In this document: positions 1 to 13,214 of the stretch, one piece after another
How positions within the stretch are numbered: the stretch's first letter is position 1
How the letters are laid out: each line of letters begins with the position of its first letter
Origin: Scyliorhinus canicula
Taxonomy: Eukaryota
Direction: 5' to 3'
Length of the DNA stretch: 64,000 bases
Assembly (NCBI RefSeq): GCF_902713615.1
Contig: NC_052146.1
Location: forward strand, 309,644,335 to 309,708,334
Program-made: the position numbers and the translations under genes
The notes under the pieces: generated by a model
Seen by the model: only the letters and a program-made list of their open reading frames with translations
Database searches by the model: none
What the model was told of the DNA's origin: nothing

Positions 1-3000
1 CGACCCTGGCATCCGGCACCGACCCCGGCACCCGGCACCGACCCCGGCACCCGGCATCGACCCCGGCACCCGGCATTGACCCCGGCATCCGGCATCGACC
101 CTGGCATCCGGCACCGACCCCGGCACCCGGCACCGACCCCGGCACCTGTCATCGACCCCGGCACCCGGCACCGACCCCGGCACCTGTCATCGACCCCGGC
201 ACCCGGCACCGACCCCGGCACCCGGCATCGACCCCGGCACCGACCCCGGCACCGACCCCGGCATCCGGCACCCGGCACCCGGCATCAACCCCGGCACCCG
301 GCATCGACCCCGGCATCCGGCACCGACCCCGGCACCCGGCATCGACCCCGGCATCGACCCCGGCATCCGGCACCGACCCCGGCACCCGGCATCGACCCCG
401 GCACCGACCCCGGCACCCAGCACCGACCCCAGCACCCGGCAGCGACCCTGGCATCCGGCACCGACCCCGGCACCCGGCACCGACCCCGGCACCCGGCATC
501 GACCCCGGCACCGACCCCGCACCCGGCATCGACCCCGGCACCGACCCCGGCACCGACCCCGGCATCCGGCACCCGGCATCGACCCCGGCACCGACCCCGG
601 CACCCGGCACCGACCCCGGCACCCGGCATCGACCCCGGCACCGACCCCGGCACCCGGCACCGACCCTGGCACCCGGCATCGACCCCGGCATCGACCCCGG
701 CATCCGGCACCGACCCCGGCACCCGGCATCGACCCCGGCACCGCCCCCGGCACCCGGCACCGACCCCGGCACCCGGCATCGACCCCGGCACCGACCCCGG
801 CACCCGGCACCGACCCCGGCACCCGGCATCGACCCCGGCATCGACCCCGGCACCCGGCATCGACCCCGGCATCCGGCACCGACTCCGGCACCCGGCATCG
901 ACCCCGGCACCGACCCCGGCACCCGGCACCGACCCCGGCACCCGGCATCGACCCTGGCATCCGGCACCGACCCCGGCACCGACCCCGGCACCCGGCATCG
1001 ACCCCGGCACCCGGCATCGACCCCGGCATCCGGCATCGACCCTGGCATCCGGCACCGACCCCGGCACCCGGCACCGACCCCGGCACCTGTCATCGACCCC
1101 GGCACCCGGCACCGACCCCGGCACCCGGCACCGACCCCGGCACCTGTCATCGACCCCGGCACCCGGCACCGACCCCGGCACCCGGCATCGACCCCCGGCA
1201 CCGACCCCGGCACCGACCCCGGCATCCGGCACCCGGCACCCGGCATCAACCCCGGCACCCGGCATCGACCCCGGCATCCGGCACCGACCCCGGCACCCGG
1301 CATCGACCCCGGCATCGACCCCGGCATCCGGCACCGACCCCGGCACCCGGCATCGACCCCGGCACCGACCCCGGCACCCAGCACCGACCCCAGCACCCGG
1401 CATCGACCCTGGCATCCGGCACCGACCCCGGCACCCGGCACCGACCCCGGCACCCGGCATCGACCCCGGCACCGACCCCGGCACCCGGCATCGACCCCGG
1501 CATCCGGCACCGACCCCGGCACCCGGCATCGACCCCGGCACCGACCCCGGCATCCGGCACCGACCCCGGCACCCGGCATCGACCCCGGCACCGACCCCGG
1601 CACCGACCCCGGCACCCGGCATCGACCCTGGCATCCGGCACCCACCCCGGCACCCGGCACCGACCCCGGCACCTGTCATCGAACCCCGCACCCGGCATCG
1701 ACCCCGGCACCCGGCATCGACCCCGGCACCCGGCATCGACCCCGGCACCCGGCACCGACCCCGGCACCCGGCACCGACCCCGGCACCGACCCCGCACCCG
1801 GCATCGACCCCGGCACCGACCCCGGCACCCACCCCGGCATCCGGCACCCGGCCCCCGGCATCGACCCCGGCACCCGGCGACGACCCCGGCACCCGGCATC
1901 GACCCCGGCACCGACCCCGGCACCCGGCACCGACCCCGGCACCCGGCACCGACCCTGGCATCCGGCACCGACCCCGGCACCCGGCACCGACCCCGGCACC
2001 TGTCATCGAACCCCGCACCCGGCATCGACCCCGGCACCCGGCACCGACCCCGGCACCCGGCATCGACCCCGGCATCCGGCACCGACCCCGGCACCCGGCA
2101 TCGACCCCGGCACCGACCCCGCACCCGGCATCGACCCCGGCACCGACCCCGGCACCGACCCCGGCATCCGGCACCCGGCACCCGGCATCGACCCCGGCAC
2201 CCGGCATCGACCCCGGCACCCGGCATCGACCCCGGCACCCGGCATCGACCCCGGCATCCGGCACCGACCCCGGCACCCGGCATCGACCCCGGCATCGACC
2301 CCGGCACCCGGCATCGACCCCGGCACCCGGCATCGACCCCGGCATCCGGCACCGACCCCGGCACCCGGCATTGACCCCGGCACCGACCCCGGCACCCGGC
2401 ACCGACCCCGGCACCCGGCATCGACCCCCGGCACCGACCCCGGCACCCGTCATCGACCCCGGCACCGACCCCGGCACCCGGCACCGACCCCGGCACCCGG
2501 CATCGACCCCGGCACCGACCCCGGCACCCGGCACCGACCCCGGCACCCGGCATCGACCCCGGCACCGACCCCGGCACCCGGCATCGACCCCGGCATCCGG
2601 CACCGACCCCGGCACCCGGCATCGACCCCGGCACCGACCCCGGCACCCGGCACCCGGCACCGACCCCGGCACCGACCCCGGCATCCGGCACCCGGCACCC
2701 GGCATCGACCCCGGCACCCGGCATCGACCCCGGCACCCGGCATCGACCCCGGCACCCGGCATCGACCCCGGCACCCGGCATCGACCCCGGCACCGACCCC
2801 GGCACCCGGCACCGACCCCGGCACCCGGCATCGACCCCGGCACCGACCCCGGCACCCGGCATCGACCCCGGCACCGACCCCGGCACCGACCCCGGCACCC
2901 GGCATCGACCCCGGCACCCGGCATCGACCCCGGCACCCGGCATCGACCCCGGCACCCGGCATCGACCCCGGCACCGACCCCGGCACCCGGCATCGACCCC

Positions 3001-3572
3001 GGCACCGACCCCGGCACCGACCCCGGCACCCGGCATCGACCCTGGCATCCGGCACCCACCCCGGCACCCGGCACCGACCCCGGCACCTGTCATCGAACCC
3101 CGCACCCGGCATCGACCCCGGCACCCGGCATCGACCCCGGCACCCGGCATCGACCCCGGCACCCGGCCCCGACCCCGGCACCCGGCACCGACCCCGGCAC
3201 CGACCCCGCACCCGGCATCGACCCCGGCACCGACCCCGGCACCGACCCCGGCATCCGGCACCCGGCACCCGGCATCGACCCCGGCACCCGGCATCGACCC
3301 CGGCACCCGGCATCGACCCCGGCACCGACCCCGGCACCCGGCATCGACCCTGGCATCCGGCACCGACCCCGGCACCCGGCACCGACCCCGGCACCTGTCA
3401 TCGAACCCCGCACCCGGCATCGACCCCGGCACCCGGCATCGACCCCGGCACCCGGCACCGACCCCGGCACCCGGCACCGACCCCGGCACCTGTCATCGAA
3501 CCCCGCACCCGGCATCGACCCCGGCACCCGGCATCGACCCCGGCACCGACCCCGGCACCCGGCATCGACCCC
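1..3572. repeat. GC/CpG-rich satellite of CGACCCCGGCAY (12 nt) and CCGGCAY (7 nt) units, often forming a 19-mer
   Basis: Directly visible irregular tandem array, running off the window start. All long ORFs here are repeat translations. Confidence 0.95.
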
Positions 3573-5271
3573 ATCACCACAAAGTCCCTTTCCTAACATT
3601 CAGGAGCTTTGGCCAAGATTGGGAGAGCTAATTGACAGACAAGTCAAAGAGCAGCCTGACACGGTGATCCTGACACCATCCTTCAATCTGACCTGTCTCA
3701 CCCACAGCGCACACCCAGCTGAGGTGGTGGTGCAGTGGTGTACAGTCGGGAGTGAGGGGTGTCCGGGAATCCTCAATGTTTGTCCCAGAGGAACTGTATG
3801 AACATTGTCTGGATTTCTGTGACAGAGTCAGGGGGAGGGGCCAATGTGACGAGCCGGTACCACAACATGGAGGCAATCAGCTGGTTTATGGCCAGAACTG
3901 GGCCCCTGTGAGACAGCACTCGGAGCAGTCCTGCCCACTCTCTCAGGCGAGCCTTTGCCTCCAGCTCCTGCCAGTTATCCGACCAGGATTCCTCAGCCAG
4001 ATAAAGATGAACTCCCAGGTAGAAGAGGCTGGTCCTGCTCCAGGTGAAAGGCCTGATCTCCCCTGGGAGGGATGTCCATCCGCCCCGGACTGATCCGGCC
4101 CAGTGGATCCAGGGAGGAGAGGCAGCTTCCTCTGCAGGTCAGCAGGGTTCATGAACATGAGGACATGTCATCAGCGGAGGCCAGAAGCACCAGTCCAATA
4201 CCCAGCTGGCACAGAACCAATCCCGACCACCTCCTCCGCAGGAGGCGCTGAACATCAGTTCAACAACAGGAAGACTCCTTCAATCACCACCAGAGGCAAT
4301 GGTTGGGTTCAACAAGCATTGACAAGTTAATTATTTTCTCCTGACTCCAAGTTTCGGGAAGTGCTGTGTGCTTTGAGGAATTAGCTTGCAGTTGCTGCAG
4401 GAAGTTGAGCTGCACATGAGGAAGGTGTGCGTTTGGAATGCCAGCTCTCTGGGCAAACCACTTCACCCTGATTATGGGTCAAGGGTAAGATTCCGCCTTG
4501 GGGAATGGGAGGGAAGTGGAGAAGAGGAAGAGGCACTGCTCATAGAGAGAGGAGGAGGTGGAGGGAGAGAAGGTCTTGTAGCAGGTCACCTTATCCATGC
4601 TGGGTGTTCAGGGAACATGTTCCATATCTCCTGTAGTATCTAGAGTTACGCATGTGTCTGTGGTTCCTGGGGGAGGCCCTCACAGAGATTTACTCCTCTG
4701 GAATCAGATCCACATTCCAGTTCTGTGAAAAGGTCCCTTTGATCCGAAACGTGGTTCCCTCTCCAAAGACACTGCCAGACTTGCTGAGGTTATCCAGCAT
4801 TTTCTGTTTATATTCCATGGGCACCGTGCCCACCACCTGCCCACCCACCCTGACCCCGTCACAATTGTACCCATGGCAAGGGTAATATCAGGAGGCCTAC
4901 CTGTCCACTGGGCCAATGGAGGCCATTAATTGGTCAATCATTTTGCCACCACTGGCATTGAGCCAGTAGCAGGAGAGATCCAAACCTGACCTGCAGCCGG
5001 GCAGCTTTCATTGGATGGGCTGCTGGCGAGCGAGGGGGCTCCTCCTTTATGCTCCCATTAGGCCTATCTAGGCAATGCCCCCAAACTCTTCCCCACATCC
5101 CCTGCCCCCACCCCCCCAGTGAAGTTCCTCATCCTCAAACCATTTCTGTCAATCTTTTCTGCATTTTCTCCAATGTCTTCACGTCCTTTCTAAAGTGTGG
5201 TGCCCAGAACGAGACGCAAACCTCCATTGAGACTGGGCCCGTGATCTATAAAGGTTCAGAAGACCATCCTT

Positions 5272-5940
5272 GATTTTAGTCTACATCACAATATACATGA
5301 ACGATCTGGAAGAAGGAACTGAAGGCACTGTTGCCAAGTTTGCAGATGATGCAAAGATATGTAGAGGGACGGATAGTATTGAGGAAGCAGGTGGGGCTGT
5401 AGATGGGCTTGGACAGGCTGGGGGAGTGGGCAATGAAGTGGCAGATGGAATACAATCTGGAAAACAGGTTATGCATTTTGGTAGCAGAATGGAGGCATAG
5501 ACTCTTTCTAAATAGGGAGATGCTTTGGAAATCAGAAGCACAAAGGGACTTGCGAGTCCTTATTCACAATTCTCTTAAGGACAATGTGCAGGTTCAGTTG
5601 GAAGTTGAGAAGGCAAATGGAATGTTCGCATTCATGTCAAGAGGGCGAGAATACAAAACCAGGAATGTTCTTCTGAGGATGTATGAAGCTCTGGTCAGAC
5701 CCCATTTGGAGTATTATGAGCAGTTTTGGGCAATGTATCAAAGGAAGGATGTGCAGGCCTTGGAAAGAGCCCATAAGACGTTCACAATAACAATCCCTGG
5801 AATGAAGAGCTTGTCATATGAAGAATGTTTGAGGACTCTCGGTCTACACGTGGAGTTTAGAAGGATGAGGGGGGATCTAATTGAAACTTACAGAATACTG
5901 CGATGCTGGATAGAGTGGACGTGGAGAGGATGTTTCCACT
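5272..5940 (+). mobile_element. CR1/HER1 LINE fragment (RT C-terminal part)
   Basis: YMNDLEEGTEGTVAKFADDAK and YEALVRPHLEYYEQFW are CR1 RT motifs. Frameshifted. Confidence 0.85.
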
Positions 5941-6110
5941 CGAGGCATTTCCACGTGGAGAAGAGTTTCAAAATGGAGACAGTGATTGCTTATTCAGTCA
6001 AAGAGAGATAATGGCTACCCAGCCAGGGATTTCCCTCTCCGGCTTGGGCATGCTCTAAAGCATACTTCCCCATCTCTACAATCGTCAGTGACACATTATA
6101 AAGTCTCTTT

Positions 6111-6495
6111 GGGGCGAGGCAGTGGTGCAGTGGTATTCCCACTGGACTAGTAATCCAGACACCCAGGGTAGTGCTCTGGGGTCACGGGTTCGAACCCCAC
6201 CAGGACCCACGGTGAAATTTGAATTCAACAAAAAAATCTGGAATTAAAATCTAATGATTATTAGGAAACCAGTGTCAATTGTCCTAAAATCCCATCTGGT
6301 TCACTATGTCCTTCAGAGAAGGAAATCTGCCAGCCTTACCCGTTCTGGCCGACATGTGACTCCAGACCCACACAACAATGGGGTTGACTCTTTACTGCCC
6401 CCCCACTAAAATGGCCGAGCAAGCTCAGTTCAAGGGCAATTAGGGATGGGCAACAAATGGTGATCCAGCCCAACGACTCCCACATCCCTTCAGAC
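6111..6495 (+). mobile_element. tRNA-derived Deu-domain SINE (SacSINE1-like)
   Basis: A/B box-like head (GCAGTGGTGCAGTGG...GGGTTCGAACCCC) followed by a Deu-like core, GAAGGAAATCTGCC...GTGACTCCAGACCCAC...GTTGACTCT. Confidence 0.7.
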
Positions 6496-7607
6496 TCCCT
6501 CTGAACAACAACATGGAGAAGCTTCATACCTTTTCCAAAATATTCTCCTTTCCATTCTCATCATCAAAGTGACAATTTTCCACATGATTCCCAACTTCTA
6601 TCCACACCCGACTGTTCCTTTCATTCCAGGGGCTTGTTGACAAGACAATTACTTTACCAAACTTATTGTGGAAGACCGTGTGGACATTTGTAGCTTTCCG
6701 TCCCATCATCTAAGTTGTTGATACATTTGGTGAATAGTTGAGTCCCCAACACAGATTATTGAGGGACACATTCATCACATTCTGTCCCCAATCATTCCGA
6801 CTTTCCTTCTCCTCTTAATTTCCCAACATCCACTGACATTCCACTGTGTTAGCCACCTCTTCAAAAGTTCAATAACTTTTGGCAGACATGACCAACCCTT
6901 TACACATCCACAATGAATCTCTTCTTCATTTCCCTTGTGGGAGAGTCTCGGATTTTAACACAGAGATCAGGAGAAATCAGGGGGGGTGCAGGGCGATCGG
7001 ATCGATCGGCAGGCGGGCCTGTGCCATGGGGGCACTCTTTTCCTTCCGCCGCCGCCACGGACTCCACCAGCTACCGCGCATGTGCCGCTGGTGACGTCAG
7101 CGGCCGCTGACGCACCGGCGCAAGCGCGAACTGGCGAAGGCCTTTCGGCCAGCTCCGAAGCCGGGCAGCGGGCGTCAAAGGCCGTTGGCACCAGTTTTGG
7201 CGCCAGTCAGCATAGCACCAACCACTCCTGCGCAGGCCTAGACCCTAAAGGTGCGTAGAATTCCACACCTTTGGGGGGGGGGGGGCCGGACGCCAGAGTG
7301 ATTGGCACCACTCCGCTACGCCGGGACCCCCCGCCCCGCCGGGTAGGGGAGAATCCCGGCCCTGCTGTCAGACAGATTGCAATCATTGTATATTTTTAAA
7401 ATGTCTTCCTTAAATGTTTCAACGCAGAGTTCAGTGGAGAATGACAAGGACAGCAGCATTTTGCAACCTGCTGTTTGACAGTCACATGTGCAGAGGTCAC
7501 AACTCCACAAACAAAAGCGAGCATTGAGATATGTTCAATCCGAGGAGGTCCCAAAGATGATTCACTACCCTCTGGGAGGAGAAATTTCTCCTGATCTCTG
7601 TGTTAAA

Positions 7608-8835
7608 ATCCGAGGTCCCAAAGATGATTGATGCAGGTAGGGCAGTGGATGTTGTCTATACGGACTTCAGTAAGGCCTTTGACAAGGTCCCTCATGGCAG
7701 ACTGGTACAAAAGGTGAAGTCACACGGGATCAGGGGTGAGCTGGCAAGGTGGATACAGAACTGGTTAGGTCACAGAAGGAAGAGAGTAGCAATGGAAGGG
7801 TGCTTTTCTAATTGGAGGGCTGTGACTAGTGGTGTTCCGCAGGGATCAGTGCTGGGACCTTTGCTGGTCGCAGCATATATAAATGATTTGAGGAAAATGT
7901 AACTGGTCTGATTAGTAAGTTTGCGGACGACACAAAGTTTGGTGGAATTGCGGATAGCGATGAGGACTGTCAGAGGATACAGCAGGATTTAGATTGTTTG
8001 GAGACTTGGGCGGAGATATGGCAGATGGAGTTTAATCTGGACAAATGTGAGATAATGCATTTTGGAAGGTCTAATGTAGGTAGGGAATATACAGTGAATG
8101 GTAGAACCCTCAAGAGTATTGGCAGTCAGAGAGATCAAGGTGTACAGGTCCACAGGTCACTGAAAGGGGCAACACAGGTGGAGAAGGTCGTCAAGAAGGC
8201 AAACGGCATGCTTGCCTTCATTGGCCGGGGCATTGAGTATAAAAATTGGCAAGTCATGTTGCAGCTGTATAGAACCTTAGTTAGGCCACACTTGGAGCAT
8301 AGTGTTCAATTCTGGTCGCCACACTACCAGAAGGGTGTGGAGGCTTTAGAGAGGGTGCAGAAGAGATTTACCAGGATGTTGCCTGGTATGGGGGGCATTA
8401 GCTATGAGGAGAGGTTGAATAAACTCGGTTTGTTCTCACTGGAATGACGGAAGTTGAGGGGCAACCTGATAGAGGTCTACAAAATTATGAGGGGCATAGA
8501 CAGAGTGGATAGTCAGAGACTGTTTCCCAGGGTAGAGGGGTCAATTACTACGGGGCATAGGTTTAAGGTGCGAGGGGCAAGGTTTAGAGGAGATGTACGA
8601 GGCAAGTTTTTTACACAGAGGGTAGGGGATGCCTGGAACTCGCTGCCGGAGGAGGTGGTGGAAGCAGGGACAATAGTGATGTTTAAGGGGCATCTTGACA
8701 AATACATGAATAGGATGGGAATAGAGGGTCACAGACCGCGGAAGTGCAGAAGATTTTAGATTAGACGGGCAGCATGGCCGGCACAGGCTTGGAGGGCCGA
8801 AGGGCCTGTTCCTGTGCTGTACTTTGCTTTGTTCT
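7608..8835 (+). mobile_element. 5'-truncated CR1/HER1 LINE with 3' tail
   Basis: ORFs 7600-7902 (DFSKAFDKVPH, GVPQGSVLGP), 7998-8447 and 8454-8759, plus the 3' tail GAGGGCCGAAGGGCCTGTTCCTGTGCTGT. Confidence 0.9.
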
Positions 8836-9179
8836 TTATTCTTTGTTCAAAAATAAACTCCTGTGGTATTGTTTAAAGTTCAACTTCCCCTTTCCAGCTT
8901 CTTTAATAAAATTTCCATCAAGAAGGGTTTGTTTCCTTTACATATCTGGCCAGCACTGAAAACTGAGTCAGTAACAAACTCTGATGTATTTCTTATCAAA
9001 GCTGCTATTCTGGAAGGAAGGTACCTGAATAAAGAGCCAAAAAAGAACAGTTACATTTCTGTAGCACCTTTCACATCAGCAGGAATTGTCCCAGGACATC
9101 ACAGCCGCTGTCTGCCTTGTAAAGTAGGAAATTCAGCAGCTAATTTTCACACAACGGTTTCACAATGGCAGGTTTTAGA

Positions 9180-9395
9180 TTTTCATAGAATTGCTACAGT
9201 GCCCAAGAAGACCATTCGGCCCATCTGGTCTGCACCTAGCCTCTGACTGATTACCCTATCTAGGCCCACTCCCCGCACTATCAGCGTAACCCCACCAAAC
9301 CAGCACATCTTGGACTGGGGGAGGAATCCGGAGCACCCGGAGGAAACCCACGCAGACACGGGGAGAACGTTCAGACTCCGCACAGATAGTGACCC
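9180..9395 (-). mobile_element. HE1-like V-SINE, partial
   Basis: V-domain core GTCTGCGTGGGTTTCCTCCGGGTGCTCCGG on the minus strand. Confidence 0.75.
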
Positions 9396-9397
9396 AA

Positions 9398-12300
9398 TGA
9401 GTTGAGTGAAGAGTGAGGGAGTCGGGGAAGAGGGAGGAAGGTGAGGGAAGAATGAGGGAGATGAGGAGATGGGAAGAGTGAGGGAGACAGGGAAGAGTGA
9501 GGGAGACTCGAGTAGAGTGTCATTGGGTTAAGAGTGAGGATGGATGAGGGAGATTGAGGAAGACTCGGGGAGAGTGAGGGTGATGGGGTAGAGTGAGCGT
9601 GATGGGGTAGGGTGAGGAGGGATGAGGGAGATTGAGGAAGACTCGGGGAGAGTGAGGGTGATGGGGTAGGGTGAGGAGGGATGAGGGAGATGGAGGGAGA
9701 CTCGGAGTAGAGTGAAGGTGATTGGGTAGAGTGATGAGGGAGATTGAGGGAGACTCGGGGTGGAGTGTGGGTGATAGGGTAGAGTGGGGGTGATGGGGTA
9801 GAGTGAGGGTGATGGGGTAGAGTGAGGAGGGATGAGGGAGATTGAGGGAGACTCAGGGTAGAGTGAGGGTGATGAGATAGAGTGAGGGAGATGGGGTGGA
9901 GTGAGGAAGGATGAGGGAGATTGAGGTAGACTCGGGGTAGAGTGAGGGTGATGGGATAGAGTGAGGGAGATGGGGTGGAGTGAGGAAGGATGAGGGAGAT
10001 TGAGGTAGACTCGGGGTAGAGTGAGGGTGATGGGGTAGAGTGAGGGTGATTGGGTCAAGTGAGTGTGATGGGGTAGAGTGAGGGTGATGTGATAGAGTGA
10101 GGAGGGATGAGGGAGATTGAGGGAGACTCTGGATAGAGTGAGGGTGATGGGGTAGAGTGAGGGTGATGAAGTAGAGTGAGGAGCTATGAATGAGATTGAG
10201 GGAGATTTGGGGATGAGTGAGGGTAATGGGGTAGAGTGAGCGTGATGGGGAGAGTGAGGAGGGACGAGGGAGATTGAGGGAGTCTCGGGGTAGAGTAAGG
10301 GTGATGGGGTAATGAGGAGGGATGAGGGAGATTGAGGGAGACTAGGGTAGAGTGAGGGTGGTGGGTTAGAGTGAGGGTGATGGGGTAGTGAGGAGGGGTG
10401 AGGGAGATTGAGGGAGACTAGGGTAGAGTGAGGGTGGTGGGTTAGGGTGAGGGTGATAGGGTAGAGTGAGGAGGGCCGACGGAGATTGAGGGAGACTCGG
10501 GGTAGAGTGAGGGTGATGGGGTAGAGTGAGGGGGATGAGGAGATTGAGGGAGACTTGGGGTAGAGTGAGGGTGATGGGATAGAGTGAGGGCGATGGGGTA
10601 GAGTGAGGGCGATGGGGTAGTGAGGCGGGATGAGGGAGATTGAGGTAGACTCGGGGTAGGGTGAGGGTGATGGGATAGAGTGAGGGTGATGTGATAGTGT
10701 GAGGGCAATGGGATAGAGTGAGGAGGGATGAGGGAGATTGAGGGAGACTCGGGGTAGAGTGAGGGAGATGGGGTTGAGTGAAGGTGATGTGATAGAGTGA
10801 GGAGGGATGAGGGAGATTGAGGGACACTCTGGATAGAGTGAGGGTGATGGGGTAGAGTGAGGGTGATGAGGTAGAGTGAGGAGCGATGAGGGAGATTGAG
10901 GGAGTCTCGGGGTAGAGTGAGGGTGATGGGATAATGAGGAGGGATGAGGGAGATTGAGGGAGACTCAGGTAGAGTGAGGGTGATGGGATAGAGTGAGGGT
11001 GATGGGGTAGTGAGGAGGGGTGAGGGAGATTGAGGTAGACTCGGGTAGAGTGAGGGTGATGGGGTAGAGTGAGGACGGATGAAGTTGAGGGATACACGGG
11101 GTAGAGTAAGGATGAATGGATAGAGTGAGAGTGATGGGGTAGAGTGAGGAGGGATAGAACATAGAACATAGAACAGTACAGCACAGAACAGGCCCTTCGG
11201 CCCTCAATGTTGTGCCGAGCCATGATCACCCTACTCAACCCACATATCCACCCTATACCCGTAACCCAACAACCCCCCCCTTAACCTTACTTTTATTAGG
11301 ACACTACGGGCAATTTAGCATGGCCAATCCACCTAACCCGCACATCTTTGGACTGTGGGAGGAAACCGGAGCACCCGGAGGAAACCCACGCACACAGGGG
11401 GAGGACGTGCAGACTCCACACAGACAGTGACCCAGCCGGGAATCGAACCTGGGACCCTGGAGCTGTGAAGCATTTATGCTAACTACCATGCTACCCTGCT
11501 GCCCCGAATGAGGGAGATTCAGGGAGACTCGGGGTAGAGTGAGGGTGATGGGGTAGAGTGAGGAGGGATGAGGAGATTGAGGGAGACTCGGGGTAGAGTG
11601 AGGGTAATGGGGTGGAGTGTGGAGGGATGAGGGAGATTGAGGGAGACTCGGGGTAGAGTGAGGGTGATGGGGTAGAGTGAGGGTGATGGGGTAGAGTGTG
11701 GGTGATGGGGTAGAGTGAGGAGGGATGGGGTAGAGTGAGGGTGATGGGGTAGAGTGAGGACGGATGGGTTAGAGTGAGTGTGAAGGGTGTAGAGTGAGGG
11801 TGATGGGGTAGAGTGAGGGTGATGGGGTAGAGTGAGGGTGATGGGGTAGAGTGAGGGTGATGGGGTAGAGTGAGTGTGATGGGGTTGAGTGAGGGTGATG
11901 GGATAGAGTGAGGGTGTTGGGTAGAGTGATGGTGATGGGGTAGAGTGAGGGTGATGGGGTCGAGTGATGAGGGATGGGGTAGAGTGAGGGTGATGGGATA
12001 GAGTGAGGGTGATGGGATAGAGTGAGGGTGATGGGAGAGAGTGAGGGTGATGGGGTAGAGTGAGGGTGATGGGTTTGAGTGATGAGGGATGGGGTAGAGT
12101 GAGGGTGATGGGGTAGAGTGAGGGTGATGGGGTAGAGTGAGGGTGATGGGGTAGAGTGAGGGTGATGGGGTAGAGTGAGGGTGATGGGGTAGAGTGAGGG
12201 TGATGGGATAGAGTGAGGGTGATGGGATAGAGTGAGGGTGATGGGGTAGAGTGAGGGTGATGGGGTAGAGTGAGGGTGATGGGAGAGAGTGAGGGTAATG

Positions 12301-12628
12301 GGGTAGAGTGAGGGTGATGGGGTAGAGTGAGGGTGATGGGATAGAGTGAGGTGATGGGGTAGAGTGAGGGTGATGGGGTAGAGTGAGGGTGATGGGGTAG
12401 AGTGAGGGTGATGGGGTAGAGTGAGGGTGATGGGGTAGAGTGAGGGTGATGGGGTAGAGTGAGGGTGATGGGGTAGAGTGAGGGTGATGGGGTAGAGTGA
12501 GGGAGACTCGGGGTAGAGTGAGGGAGACTCGGTGTAGAGTGAGGGTGAGGGGGTAGAGTGAGGGTGATGGGGTAGAGTGAGGGTGATGGGGTAGAGTGAG
12601 GGTGATGGGATAGAGTGATGGAGACGGG
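9398..12628. repeat. G-rich, purine-biased minisatellite (GGGGTAGAGTGAGGGTGAT)n, ~19 nt, interrupted by a SINE
   Basis: Directly visible. Most homogeneous at about 11800-12610 and degenerate towards 9400. Confidence 0.95.
11154..11505 (-). mobile_element. Full-length HE1-like SINE (tRNA head, V domain, HER1/CR1 tail with TTCTATG repeats)
   Basis: Head GGGCAGCAGGGTAGCATGGTAGTTAGC...GGTTCGATTCCC, V core and CR1 tail. Near-identical to the copy at 32350-32702. Confidence 0.9.
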
Positions 12629-12899
12629 ATGAAGAGCTTCTTTACACTTTGATTGGAGGGTACTCGGCTGCCACCGTCAGTGAGAGAGATCAACACTCGC
12701 TCCGCGCTGTCCATCTCTATCTGAGAGTTCTTTCTTGGCTCATGTGCTTTCCATGTCTGTTTAGTTTGGGGATATTTTTTAAGCCAGTACATTTTAATAA
12801 CTCACTTAATTATCTGCTTTGAAATCACTGCTGTATTGATCCCATTTTGGGTGAATTGATTCCGCAGCCTGAAGTTTACACAGGGCCTGTGGACCTGGA

Positions 12900-13162
12900 A
12901 TTGAGTGGGAGTCACTGGATTCAATAAGAGAGACATTGAAGGGTGATTGGTGCCAATCTGTCTGCCCTCTTGTTCCTGATTTGTGAATTGTATATCAGAG
13001 GGCAGGCCCTCTTTCTCTTGTTATTCCTTCCTCTTTCTGTGACTGGTATTCGAGTTACGTGACCGTAGTGAGATTCAGTTACATCTGAAACTTCAGCAAT
13101 ATCAGATTGTACTCGGTGTGAAAGATCAGGAATTTCACCTTTGGAAAATCAGCTTATTTGAA
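12900..13162 (+). promoter_or_regulatory. Putative proximal promoter/5'UTR of the Ig-like receptor gene
   Basis: Unique sequence upstream of the leader ATG. Contains an inverted CCAAT pair GATTGG-TG-CCAATC (12945-12958), TTCC (ETS-like) tracts and an E-box CATCTG. A RUNX-like TGTGGTT lies at 13248-13254 in intron 1. No Ig octamer seen. Motif-level evidence only. Confidence 0.3.
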
Positions 13163-13214
13163 ATGTTGGACTGGATTCTCTCAGCGTTGACTCTGGCTCT
13201 CGGTGTCACAATCA
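13163..13214 (+). CDS. Exon 1 (signal peptide MLDWILSALTLALGVTI) of the triple-V Ig-superfamily receptor
   Basis: ATG, 17 hydrophobic codons plus 1 nt, then a perfect GTAAGT donor. Phase 1 joins in frame to the V1 exon. Confidence 0.8.

Noticed and set aside
76-3801. 1241-aa and other long ORFs in all frames
   Set aside because: They are translations of a T-poor satellite that cannot form stop codons, and show no domain content.
9528-12792. Pro/His/Ser/Leu-rich minus-strand ORFs
   Set aside because: They are translations of the G-rich minisatellite.
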